Part shown: positions 20,911 to 34,000 of the stretch, in pieces
How the letters are laid out: every line of letters begins with the position of its first letter
Numbering within the stretch: the stretch's first letter is position 1
Source: Obrimoposthia wandeli
Lineage: Eukaryota
Assembly: GCA_977020255.1 (NCBI GenBank)
Contig: CDROCS010001514.1
Location: forward strand, 434,001 to 498,000
Length of the DNA stretch: 64,000 nt
Reading direction: 5' to 3'
Program-made: the position numbers and the translations under genes
Notes under the pieces: model-generated
Database searches by the model: none
What the model was told of the DNA's origin: nothing
Seen by the model: only the letters and a program-made list of their open reading frames with translations

Positions 20911-22927
20911 TGTTGGGGTTTCTATATGAAACTTATAGATCCTCTTGAATGCGGAGGGCCCCAACGTGAGTTCTTATAGAAGCAGGACTTAACGATGGTT
21001 GTGGCCTACTTAATGTTATAGTTGCCTATCTCAATGCTTATCTGAAGGTGTTTGTTTTTCGATGTCTCTTAATCTGAAGGGTCTAGAACAATGCTTTCTA
21101 ATGTAGGAAATCGTTTATTGTTAAAACACTAGACTAAAACAAAACAATACGTTTACGTACGTATTTTCTACAAAGTTGTAGTAAAATTCCTAAGACTTCT
21201 GTAAGTCTCTACACAAGTGGGGATGAACCACATATCGATTTTAAGGTTATGTTTGTTTTCGTCACTAGAGTCTTTACTCTAAATATGCGACAAGGTTTAA
21301 GTAGTAGATTTTTGGAGAGCTTGTTGCTCTAACAATAGGGGTTGAGTTTAATGAGATTTCTTAATCAAACTCTTTTATCTCAAACTGATTCTCTAAATCA
21401 AATTCCTTACTTAGTGGACGACGATTTTTTGATTATATCCTTCTCTAATTTATAGAGTTTTTCAAAATTATAACTTTAATTAATGGACAATGCAAAACAA
21501 TTATTTGGGTAATTTCTGCTCTAAGTTATAGAGTCTTTCAATTTTATAAAATAGACAAATGTAAACAATTATTGGGTTAATTTCTGCTCTAATTTATAGA
21601 GTCTTTCAATTTTATAAAATAGACAAATGTAAACAATTATTTGGTAATTTCTGCTCTAATTTATAGAGTCTTTCAATTTTATAAAATAGACAAATGTAAA
21701 CAATAATTGGGTTAATTTCTGCTCTAATTTATAGAGTCTTTCAATTTTATAAAATAGACAAATGTAAACAATTATTGGGTTAATTTCTGCTCTAATTTAT
21801 AGAGTCTTTCAATTTTATAAAATAGACAAATGTAAACAATAATTGGGTTAATTTCTGCTCTAATTTATAGAGTCTTTCAATTTTATAAAATAGACAAATG
21901 TAAACAATTATTGGGTTAATTTCTGCTCTAATTTATAGAGTCTTTCAATTTTATAAAATAGACAAATGTAAACAATTATTGGGTTAATTTCTGCTCTAAT
22001 TTATAGAGTCTTTCAATTTTATAAAATAGACAAATGTAAACCCCTTTTTGTGTACGGCTCACCTTCCTCAATGTAGACTGGTTTCGGCTCGTTCGGTTCC
22101 TGGGCTCGAGCTGACAAGATCTATCTTTGTTTCCTCTGAGCACTCGTCTAGATTTTGGGACAGTGACCTTTTGTCCGCTAATTCGTTGTTCACGTCCCTT
22201 GGAAATTGGCGTGCCTCGTTTTCTTTGGATTTCTGCACGTGTAGGTTTAGGCGAGTTCTTATCCAGCTGCGCTCTTACCTCTGACGATCGGCTCGACGTC
22301 CGGTCTCGATCGGTAATGGAATTGCTTTCTGGAGCTACTTAATTCCACCAGAAGTAGGCTGCGGCGTTATATTCTTGTTCTAAATTCCGAGCGGCTTGTG
22401 CGAGCTGATAATGCTAATTCTTGATTCACTCTGGGATTCCGTCTTCTGTCTTGGTTCCTGGCACAGTATTGATTTTTGGTCTATATTTTCCTAACCCGTA
22501 GACTTATATAGTCTACTCTTCTGTGACGTGGCTTGTCACTCAATTTCTCGTTTTCTGCGAGGATTTACTAATTGAGCTGAGTTAAATTAATTGCTTACCT
22601 CAGGAAAACAGCTGTCGTGACGTGGCTGCTGACGTGGGCTTGATTTTTCTGCTTTCCAATTTCTGCTAAGTACTTTGTTTTCTCTGCAATTCTTTTTCCT
22701 TTTTTGGTAACTCTGTTTTTTGGGGCCCTTTTGTTAAGTCTAACTTCAATATATACTAACACATCACACACGACCTTGGTGGTCCTTAATATTCAATTTT
22801 CCTTTTATTTTTAACAATTTAATTCTAAATTTTAATTTTATTTAATTTATAACCTTGCTTTCAAGGATTCTTATTGCACTATAAATTCGATTAATTATTT
22901 TATTTTTAACAATTCCTAAACCTAACA
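20911..22927 (-). mobile_element. Solo LTR (2.0 kb) with internal 68-bp tandem array
   Basis: TG...CA ends; 4-bp TSD CAAT on both sides; TATA (CTATATAAG, 22503-22511, minus strand). Confidence 0.85.
21445..22042. repeat. 68-bp tandem repeat, about 8-9 copies
   Basis: ATAGACAAATGTAAAC recurs at 21551, 21619, 21686, 21754, 21822, 21890, 21958 and 22026. Confidence 0.95.
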
Positions 22928-23824
22928 CAATCAATCAAACATTAATTGCTCAATTTGACACTTAAATTGTTGTTATCACTGTGACTATCTCCTCGCACAG
23001 TGGATTGTTGAAATTTTGGTCGCTTCTTCTAGCATCTTCTTCACTGTCATCTCCAGAGTCGTAGTCTTCAACTGCAGCAACTGGAATACGGCTTCTTCAG
23101 TTTCCTCCAGCTTCGGAGCATTGATGCTTGAAATGGTCTTTCTTTCTACAATGTGAACAGCTTACATTATGACATTCTACTTTCCTATGTTCCAACTTTC
23201 CATAATTTGTAATCTGCGGTTTGTAATTTCAATTTCTGTGGTACGTTCTTCTATTTCAATATTCAATTTTCAAACCGATATTGACCGTGGGTTTTTTTCC
23301 TTGCATGATTCTGGTGTCGGTAATAATGGTATTTATGCAAATGACGCTGTTGGTAAAGTGCTCTCGCAAATCATTGTTGGTTTGGTCTTCTTTCTGCTGC
23401 CTCTTATTTTGATAGTAGCTAGTTTTTCAGTTGACGTAACATCCTTTCTGATCGTGTCCATCCGAGAAATAGTTTATTTTATTTCCTTCAAATCCTGCAC
23501 ATTGCGGAACTTAAATTATTTCAATGCATCTGAACTCATGGAGTTACTCAAGATGCATTTAATGATACTTACTTTAGTAACATCATGCTCCATAATCTTC
23601 TTTGCCAAATTCTATATTTTTTTAAAGTAGGTATCAAGATTTTCTGTAGTTTTTTGTTGTAATTCAGAGCATCCATTAAACACTGAAATAATGTTTTCTT
23701 CTGTATAAATTATTTCTGCATCGTTCTTTAAAACGTCATTCGTCTTCTCGTATTCATTGTTGGCTTCATTTGACTGGAGCGCCTTAATGAATGTTGTTTG
23801 CAAATTTTCTGGAGTTTGGGAAAT

Positions 23825-25413
23825 TTTTAAGATTAGGTTTTAAATTCAAATAAAATAATGAAACTATTTATATTGAAATAAAAATCCTTGAAAGCAAAGT
23901 TATAAATTAGGATAAATTAATTATAAGAATTAAATTCATAAAAATAAAAGTAGTGGGAAAATATTAAGACCACGAAGGACATGTGTAAGCATGGGTTATA
24001 TATAGGAGAGTTCAAATTATTAAAAAGCCCAAAAAATTACAATTACGAAGAAGCCCAAGAAACAAAATTATTAAGTGAAGAAGAATTCGCCAAGTGACTC
24101 AATTGAAAATCAAGCCAGTGTCAACAAAATCTAGCAGTACGGAGCCAAGTCATCGATTGAACGGAACCCGCCGGATCTCAGACCAGAGTATATTCTGACT
24201 AGTAACTCAGACTTATATTAAGTGTAAGTAAATAACATTGTTGACAGAGCCAACAATCTGAGCGACACTTGTGGACAGAGCCGAAAACTCCGACCAACAC
24301 AGTATTGACAAAGCCTGGGATTATCGAAGAAGGTGAGCTATATAAACCCAAGTGATTACTTGATTTGTTGCAGTCATTGTCGTGCCAGAAATAAGACTCG
24401 TGAGAAACTCCGAGCTACATTGTTGTCGAAAACCGCTACATTGTTGTTGAAAACCAAGAAGAAATCAGTACTTCTCAGAGAAATCATTTTCACACCAGGA
24501 ATTTCAATTAAGTCTCGTCGATAAATTCCGAGCACCGGAGTCAAGTGAAAATCAAGAAAAACGAAGAAGAAGGTGAGTGAAAATAATTAATAAAGGTTAA
24601 AGAAATACAACATCCCATCCGCAATTAGATCAGAGCAGCTAGGGGATATCGAATCGATCAGGAGACATCACAAGGCCGGATCTGAACTGAGTTTCGAGAG
24701 ACTGCGAGAAGGGGCCAACTGGTAGACCAAACGGAAAGCAAGGGGACCGCGGCAGCCGATTCCGTTGACTGGTCTATCACCGACCAACAAATAAAGGTAT
24801 AAAGTAGAAAGTAATTTTGAAAACCGATTGATTTTAAAAGTAATTTTGAAGAGCCGATTGATTTAGAAAGTAATTGTGGAAACCGATTGATTTTAAATAG
24901 TAATTTTGAAGCCGATTGATTTTAAAAGTAATTTTGAAAGCCGATTGATTTAAATAGTAATTTTGAAAGCCGATTGATTAAATAGGGATTTTGATTGATT
25001 GAAGCCTCTATAAATTAGAGCAAGTTTTGATTTTGTGCAACCACCAATATACTAGAAAGACTCTATAACCCTCCAACCCTAAAATTAAAATCGATACGTG
25101 GTTCATCCCCACTTGTGTAGAGACTTACAGAAGTCTTAGGAATTTATTGTAATTTTTAGAACGTACTTAGACGTGTCAATTTGTGTTAATTTAGTGTGCT
25201 TAGTAATAAACGATTTCCTACAACTAGAAAGCGTTGTTATAAACCCTTCGGATTAAGACAAAACAACAAACCTTCAGATAAGAATTGAGACAGGCAAGCA
25301 TAACATTAAGTAGGCCACAACCATTTACAAGTCCTGCTTCTATAGAACTCACGTTGGGCCCTACACTAAAGAGGATCTATATTAGAACACAAGTTCATAT
25401 AGAAACCCCAACA
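23825..25413 (+). mobile_element. Second solo LTR (1.6 kb), same family, opposite orientation
   Basis: Both ends homologous to 20911-22927; ends CCCCAACA; flanked by AAAT/AAAT; TATATAAA at 24339-24346. Confidence 0.75.
24807..24985. repeat. ~29-bp tandem repeat, 6 copies
   Basis: AAGTAATTTTGAAAGCCGATTGATTT units. Confidence 0.9.
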
Positions 25414-25507
25414 AAATTTCAAACAAGCGTGTTATTCCAATTATAAACTCTTATATATGTTAACCCCATTTCAGAAATCTTGAGACTTGGAATAAAGGCA
25501 CCTAAGT

Positions 25508-25525
25508 GTCCTGACGTGGTCGCCA
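25508..25525 (-). promoter_or_regulatory. Primer-binding site of the gypsy element (tRNA-Arg-type by inference)
   Basis: ...CTAACA|TGGCGACCACGTCAGGAC directly after a CA LTR end. Confidence 0.7.
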
Positions 25526-26049
25526 TGTTAGAAGACCAACTATATTGATAAATAATCAGAATTTTTGTTGTGCCATTATTGAGCAATGCAAATATACCAC
25601 ACAATCACACATTCAACACCAAAAATATGCCTAAAGACCACAGTTTACACAATCTAATAGATGAATATTTAAAATTTTTAAATTATCATGACCTAAAATA
25701 GGAAAATATTATAATTTTAAAGATTTCAGAAGTATTTAATCCAAAAATATAATATTTCATCATTGTGAAATTTTTAATCAGTTCTAATTTCAGCAATGTT
25801 TAAGAATAATTAGTGAATTATCCGGATTTGACTGAACGTATAATTATTTTTTATCTGTTAAGCGTGTCAAATAATGTATTTTATCCCAATAATAAGCCAC
25901 TATTACACTATCAATAATCCATAATGTAATTTGAGAAATTGGTTGTTGCGTTTTATAGGATTCAACTTCAGAGAAACAACTGAGATATAATAAAAGGAGT
26001 ATGTCGAGTATGCCATGTTCTTTGATATAATTAGCAAAAACAAGAGAAC

Positions 26050-26217
26050 CGTGTCGAGTGAGACAGCATCAATCTTGTAATCTATACGGCATTTGAAATT
26101 TCCATTAGAATCAAAATCAACATAAAGTTGAGTGTTATCAGCGTAAAGGTAGAAATGAATATTGTATTTTCGAATAGTTGCTACAATTGACGAAGTAAAG
26201 TTTGCGGAACACTGCAT
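26050..26217 (-). mobile_element. Non-LTR (L2/CR1-like) reverse transcriptase fragment
   Basis: IRKYNIHFYLYADNTQLYVDF resembles the YADDTQLY motif. Confidence 0.6.
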
Positions 26218-29200
26218 TTTAAATATTCAGGGTCTGACACAGATTAATGTAAGCACATTATTTGTTCAATTGTTTAAAAAAAATTCAGCTCCTTTCCATT
26301 GATTCCAATATTTTCAAAATACAGTATTTATTTTGATTTTCTTTTCTTGATTCCTAATGTAAGTATGATATCGATTACTCGTAATTGAATGTTTGATTTA
26401 ATAGTGTGTTTAAACTGAGGTTATACTTTCTCTATATTTTATGATTTTGTAAACCGGATAACCATATTTTACAAACACTTTTGTCAGATGTAAACCTTAA
26501 ATAATTACATGAAATAATTAAATTAGCTGCTTTGTAATGTACCATATTGATCGCCATTTGTTTTCGAGACTAAAACAGGGGGATAGTATTGGCGAAGAAA
26601 ACAAAAATGCTATATTTATTGTGTGGAAGATATCAAAAATCTAGAGGCAGTGAAGCATGAAAAGTTGCTCGAAGAAAACACATGAAAAGAAACAGTTAAC
26701 AAAGATGGCAGGTATAACTTACCGAGTCGTGCGATAGAAGTGGCAAATGGAATAAGATCGTGGTGTTAGAGCCAATCTATCGATATTGAGGGGTATAAAA
26801 TAGTGCAAGATCAATGATTGTGATTGAGCGGGATTTGGGGGAGGCGAGAATTAGTTCCTGGGAACTAGCACAAGCCGACCGTCCTTCAAAGCGTCCAGCC
26901 TCACGAAACTGATTGCAATGGTATTGGCCGATAACCTAAATGATATGCAGATCAGGTCGAATCAAATTTATTCATCACAAACTTTGACAATCAAAATTTA
27001 TACACTGAAATTTCAATTATGTTTCATCAAAAATGATGATTCCAAAATATAATATAATATAGATAACTTCTTTAAAATAACTTTAAATACCTGTTTTAAG
27101 TGTTAAAATACAGATATTAAAGTTAACAATTCAACAAAAAAAAATTTAATTTAAAATCTTTAATTATAAAATTTTCAATTTTAATGACATTTTTTTTAAA
27201 TACATTTCATAATTCATTATCAACATGAATATCAATGTAGTGTGAAAAACTTAGAAATACATAGATTTGTCATGTAAATCGTGAGATGAAATCCGTAGTA
27301 TCAATCCTGTACGAAGAGTTAATATTTTTAGAAGACTGTCATAAATTGGTAATTTAAATTTTCAATACAAATCATATCAGAATTACAAAATACTGAATTC
27401 ACAAACGGGATTTTGTTTAAATACCGATTTAATACAAATAAAAATAATATTCTACAATTTTTAAACAATCAATTGCGAGAATAAAAACTAAATTTAGGTC
27501 ATACTATTTTAACCTTTAAAAAATTTATTGTCATACTATTTGAACCTTTCAAATAAATAAATTTTAACTTTTTTTAATTTACAAAATATTTTATTGTTAA
27601 ACAATAAATTGAGATTACTATTTGAGATTACGGCTGATTATTTTCATTGAATTAGACTGAGCTTTGATACCTTCACGATTATTAAACCATTGATGAAACA
27701 TTGATTTTTCTTGTATATAGTATCATATATTTTACTACAATGGTTTGCTGCATTTTATGAGCTTTTTACTTTTTCCATTTATTCAATTACTACTTTTTTA
27801 AATAATATTGAAAATGTTTGTTTTTTCATTTAAACTTGATTATTATATTTTATGCCAATTATATAAACCAATTGATTATATATATAAATTTTATGGTCAT
27901 ACTATTTGGATATTTATACTATTAGGGGAGGTCATTCTATTTGGCAATATCCGTTATTTCAACTATTTCACGAAATTGTCAATTTTATATACCACTTCAC
28001 TTTTTATATTTATTAAATGGAGCGTAAAATTTCATTTTATTCCAAAAGAATTAAATTAAATGTGATTGAATTGACATTATTTAATAAATACAATTAGGAC
28101 TTTGAAAATTAAAAAAAAATAGTTCAAGTAATTAATTTCAGATAAAAATAAGATAAGTTAGTTGAACAAGTTCAATCAGGTATTAAAATTTTATTTGATA
28201 CTGATACCAAAAATTTCCGAGGAGATGAATTGAACAATTTTGTCAAGCAAAGACTTAGCAGAAGACAAGTTGATTTCCAGTTAAATATCCACATTTGTGC
28301 AATAAATTATGATGTCAACAAACACAAACTTAAAATTTGGTGACATTTCAAAAAAATTAAATTCACGAAGAGAAATTATAAAAACCAAAAAGAAGTTAAA
28401 TCAATTATTAATGTATCAAATAGTACAATATGTAAAATATTAATTAAGTGGTAATAATTAACTGACAAACCAATTTAAAACAGATAATATTTTATCGACA
28501 TCTATATTTCATGAAATTTATTTCTGATAGCTGCAATGTTTTCAAAACTCTAAAATTGTTCCGATGCAAATTTAACGCGAAAAACAAAAATATTAAATGG
28601 GCTTCAGGCAGCAAAACAATTTGCCATAACAAGAGTACAAATTTTGAGAAGATGGTAGACCAAATATGTTTTGATTTCTTGAAACAAGTAATTTCACAGA
28701 TAACATTAAATTGAAGTTAACAGAAAACGATATGTTTCGATAGAATATCATTCAATGAACAAAATATTGCTTGCCACCAAAATACTGAAATTTTGTTTGT
28801 TTTGTGGGAAGATAAATTTTATGCTCTAACGAAATTATTATCACTATCCTTATATACTAAATTACTTTGCTAATAAAATATTACTAGACAAATTTTAATA
28901 AAGTTATGATCCCGAATAATAGATAATATTATACAGCTAACTGTCGATATTGCGAACAAAAAAATGTCAAATTTGTTCGAATTAAGTTCACATTCACCAT
29001 GTTCGTAATATTGCTAGTCAACTGTATATGTAAAATGACACTGTAGCTTTCGATGGATTTAAAAGAGACAAAACTTTGAATACTTAAACAAACTTTTATA
29101 ATAATTTTAATGAATAGTTATTATAAAATTAATAATTTTAATGAATAGTTATTATGAAATGAAGTCTATATTTAATTTACAGAATTTACTTTTTTCAACA

Positions 29201-29599
29201 GGTGCAAAAGGGTAGTACTTCTAAGTTTATTTCTACTCATCGAAGTGCATTTTAAAAGGACATTCATACATTGATTTTCCCCATTCTCTATACTAAATCG
29301 ATTTTACAACATATAATCTATCTAAAAGCAAAAGGTCTATACAGCTGTAATTTTGTTAATTTTAATTTTTGTTAATTTAAACAGTTAAAAAATTAATAAT
29401 TAATTTTTTTTTGTATTATATTAAATAAAATATATTTATGTTAAGAATAAAGACCCGACAAAATTTAAAAAAATATATAATTCAGTATACTTGAATTAAA
29501 AAATTCATAAAAAACGTTCCAAAATTATAATTAATTTTTAATAATTAAATATAAAATACTTAGAAACAATTATCTGCTGATATGTATTTTCGATAATCT

Positions 29600-30520
29600 T
29601 CAATCCAAGTAAGAGTATATGAAACTGAAATAAAACAGATAAAACTCAAAGGGTAGACCGAATTATCTCTAAACGACAAATTTGATCACACGAATAAAAA
29701 ACATGGCTCTGAAACTTAAAATAATCGAAAATAAAATATTAATAAAATATAATCGATTTTTAGATTACATATAATTTTCCAAATCATTCTTAAGTGAACT
29801 ATATGGGTCTACATCTTGTATATTATATCGAACTACAATTAACTTATAGAAATTATAACATACATTTATAATCGGATAACTCTATATTTATTTGATTAAT
29901 ATGAAGATAACAAATTAAAAATGAAGCATAATTATTTCTAATTTTTATCTGAAAGACAAAATAATTATTAAAAAGTAGAAAATTGATTTCTAAGGGATTC
30001 AAATCATTAAAAAAAATAAAAGTATCATTATCCCTATCTAACAATCTATAAAATAATTACTGTCATTCTGGATTTAGTTATTTGCTAAAAATATTTTTTT
30101 GGAAAATAAAAGGACTCGAGTTTTAACAATTTAAAATTAATTTATTAGACTATCGATAATCATCGGAACATTTATAAAATCCATCAAAAATATGCAATCA
30201 TAACAAATGCAAAGAATGTTTACTGATATTAAAATTAATTAATTATTAGTCAACTATAAAGAAGATCGATATGCAATAGAGTATCAAATTGTGGTTGATC
30301 AAATTTTGACTGGAATAAAAAGGCATGCTGCAATATGTAGTATAGGTCAGGATAAATTTTCCAAGAAAGCCTCAGTCAATGTAATATAGTACAATGACCT
30401 CAAGTGAATATTATCTTAAGAATTGGACATACTCAGATCAACAGCAGACCGAATATCAGATAAACATCAACAAGAGAGGTATTCAGATAGAATTATAAAA
30501 CCAACAATAAATTAAGCTTG
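29600..30520 (+). mobile_element. Possible highly decayed Penelope-like element
   Basis: Weak by-eye matches only (MGL..., LFL...RK, IIKPTIN C-terminus); many stops. Confidence 0.3.
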
Positions 30521-31008
30521 TAGATGTAAGTACCTATTGTATAATTTACTATAATACCTGTTATAAAATTTAGTAAATATAACATTTTTGTTCATTTGAA
30601 TGATAAAACATCAGAAATGTAGACAATATGCTGAGAAATGGCGAGTGAATGGGAATGAATGTAAATTATGCCTGTAATACAATAATTATTTTTACCAAAT
30701 ATTTGAATTTTTCGCATTGAGACAGTTGGCTTGAATGTATTAAAAATTGTGGTTTAAAAAATGTTTGCTTTGAATTTTTATAATTTAAAATAAATTTATT
30801 TCAGAGCTTGAATTTCTGAATTTTATTTGCCTCAGCGTGGTTGGATTGACGAAGGGGAAACTTTGCAACTAGCGAAATAGAATTGATTTAGACAATATAA
30901 GCCAAGATTCAGTTGCTTATCGAGATAAAAGTAAATATTTACGCGAAGAACTTAATATCACTTATCAACAGTTTCAAAATGGACTCAGCCTCGATATCTG
31001 ACAATAGT

Positions 31009-34000
31009 TGTAACGGCTCAACTACTCAAGACTGTTTGACTTGACCGCCTGGAGTTTGGTCAGCTCACGACTAGGGTTGTGGACAGAAAGACGAAGAGCT
31101 TCGGCCAATTCTTAACGGTGGATGGAGTCTCATTCGCTCGCTGACGGATGACTCAAATGACGGCTCTTCGAAGAGCCTATCAATGACTTCTGGACTAAGG
31201 ATACCAGTGGAGACGCGGTCTGCGTTTTGATTCTCGGAGCGGGTGGACGGGAGATGAGCGCTTGGGCTATTGGAGGTAGCGGAGCTGAGTCACCCGTTGC
31301 TGTAGGCAGTGACAAAACAATCCCACTTATGCCAGATTCGATTTTTTTAAATATCATGTTAGGCTAAAAATGTTTGGTAACTCAACTGTTTTTCTTTCAC
31401 GACTACTCCGGAGGTTATCGAAGTGGAGTTACCACAAACATTTTGGTGGCTCCAATAATCCAGACAGAATAGCTCTGAGGGAAGGCAGTGTTGGGTTGCA
31501 AGAGAATGTGAGGTTGGTGTAAAACCTTTTTTAATCTTATAAACAAAGACGTGATTTAATCAAGTTAAAACGTTTTAAATGCCAGCCAACAGACATTTTG
31601 TTCCAAGCAAAATAGTTGTGGGTGAATAGAGCGAAGCTGAAAAAAGCAATGTACATACTATGGGAGAGGTGTTAAGCAAAGGATGAAGACGAGTTCAGTG
31701 ACGATGAAGGTAATAGATTAGAAGGGTTGGAAAAGAGATTGAGGTGATAGACAGTTGCACATTTGGTGAACTGGAGGATGCAATCTTGCTGTTGTGGGAG
31801 ACGAAGCATGATACATTCTTCATGATATTGAAAGGAAGTACTATAGAGACGATGATAAAGATGTTATTGGAGGACTGGATGATAGTACACTGCTGTTGAA
31901 AGTACATGGAGGAATAATTGATGAGGAAATCAAGTTCTGGATAGGATAGTAGAACCTTGTACGAAAGACATGTGGGTGGAGTATGAGGAAAGGTATTCAG
32001 TGACAGTGGAGAAATACATTGACATGTTGGAATTAGCGGATATATGGGGTGATGCGGTAGCGGCATAAAGATTTATAGATGGGTTGGAAGATATAGAGGG
32101 TAGGTATCGCGAGTTAGAAAAACGCGAGCAGGAAGTATCCAAAATAGCATTTCGGATTTGGCAGAAATAAAAGAATATCAGCCTAAAGAGAGTGAATGTA
32201 CAATAGCAAACACACTGGTTAGCGTTTCTGATTTGAGTGCGTGTGGAGAAAATATGCTGAGGGAGAAACAGTTTCGTTTGCAGAAAAACTGAAATTTAAT
32301 ACGGTTGAAAAAGCAGACGATTCCTATTTTGTAGACAATACGAAGGAGTTTGAAAAGTAGTTCTCAATTTTTGTATCAATGTCTGTATAGGTGAGGCAAG
32401 GGGAGATAAAGTAGAGAAGCTACTTCATTTACGACTGTATTTGGGAAGAGAAGTCCTAAAATTAGTTGAAAATCTCAATTAAAGTGTAGAGGAATAAATG
32501 CGATCATGGCGAGACAGGTAGGTTCATACGGAGGAAACGTTATAAATTAATTGTTGTAGATGCCAAAAAGCTAAAAAGCATCAAATATGCGAATGTAGGG
32601 TCATGGATCAGTTACTTGACGGCGATAATAAGATTAAAAAGATTGAACAAAATGGAGGTTATTAACATATGAGCTTAGGTTTAGGAAGTGTTTACAAAAG
32701 TGATAAGAAAATGGAATCGTTAGTTGAGAAAGGCAAAATGTGCGTATGGAAGTCCAGGGTTTGGTCAAGTTGTTGGTGTGGGTTCCTTTCGTTTTGCTAG
32801 TGTGAAAAACGTCACTATCCTGTGCGATGTATGTTGAAGAGAGATGGATATTCATTAATGAAATAAAGTTATGTATAATTATTTTAGCAAATGTCATTTA
32901 AAACTAATTGTAGACGTGATAAGTTGCGTAAGAAAAGTGATTGCATAGGTAAATATCATTGGATGTTACATAGTGATCAACCTGTGAAGGATAATGGTAG
33001 CCATGTGAATTTGAAGGATGATCGATATGCGATGTTTTTAAGTCACAGTCTGATAAGAAATCATAACAAGTGGTGGTGTTACGAATATTTATAGCTTTGT
33101 TTTCAAATGACAATAAGTCATAAAGCACGACTCTAGTAAAACGAGTATGTTATGAACGAGTAGCTCAAGAATTTGGCATGGGAGGAAATGGATACGAGAT
33201 GACGAGTAAATGGAGTGTATAATAATGAAATGATTATGCAGATACTTAAAGGGATATAGCGACGATTAGATAAAGATCCGGATTTGCAGAAAGAATATAC
33301 CGATACAATTAATGACCATATCAAGAAAGGATATGTAGAATAAATAAAAGAAGAGTCGGCGACACATCGGCTAATTCCAAATTTCTCAGTCATAAGAAGA
33401 TACAAAGAAACTACCAAAGTTAGAATTGTCTTTCACGCACCCCAGAGTAGATGATTGTGTTTTAATGAAGTAATTTAGCCAGGGCCAAAACATAAAGGTG
33501 AGTTATTTGATATTCTAATTAGACGCCGGAGATTTAAGATAGCCTTGTTTGATACTTCAGAATTAGATATTAAAGTTTTGTTAGCACCAGTAGGCAAATT
33601 GCAGCTGAGATTCTTATGACGGGGAATCGATGGAATTGAGCACACTCACGATTATCACATGTTAGAGTTGACATACACTCACTGCCATTTCTGTCTCAGT
33701 GAGTATATTGTATGAATACCGAAATTAATCAAGAAGAATTTTAGAGGGCTGTGGATACAGTTAAAATCTACATATATAAATGATATCCTCGATTCCATCC
33801 GTACAAACAAAAAAGCATTGTACCTAATGGAAGAATCAAAAGAATTTCTTGCTGAAGCAAAAATAGTAGCGCATACATGGATGACAAATTGCAAATCAAT
33901 AGTAGAGAAGATACCAGAAGACGACCATAAGCAGACGATCAGCTTCATAGATCATAAAAAATTATTAACGAAGATTTTAGAAAGCAGCTGGAAGTGTAAA

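Larger units (their letters stand above)
19400..25525 (-). mobile_element. Decayed Ty3/gypsy LTR retrotransposon (gag-pro-RT-RH), interrupted by two solo LTRs
   Basis: PBS at 25508-25525; gag CCHC knuckle CSHCRKKDHFKHQC (23118-23159); protease LLDTDAIISV (~20700-20730); RT PWNLPLL...LNYRALN...PIFPIP...LDL..YYQV (~19950-20280); RNase H-like LKK...FR*DH (~19420-19560). Confidence 0.8.

Noticed and set aside
21445-22042. CRISPR-like array
   Set aside because: Head-to-tail units with no unique spacers, in a eukaryotic LTR
23169-23630. 153-aa hydrophobic ORF on the plus strand
   Set aside because: Antisense to the decayed gypsy gag
20911-25413. Single DIRS/Penelope/foldback element with long inverted termini
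   Set aside because: Each arm has its own TG..CA-type ends and 4-bp TSD, and the spacer is gag of an older gypsy element
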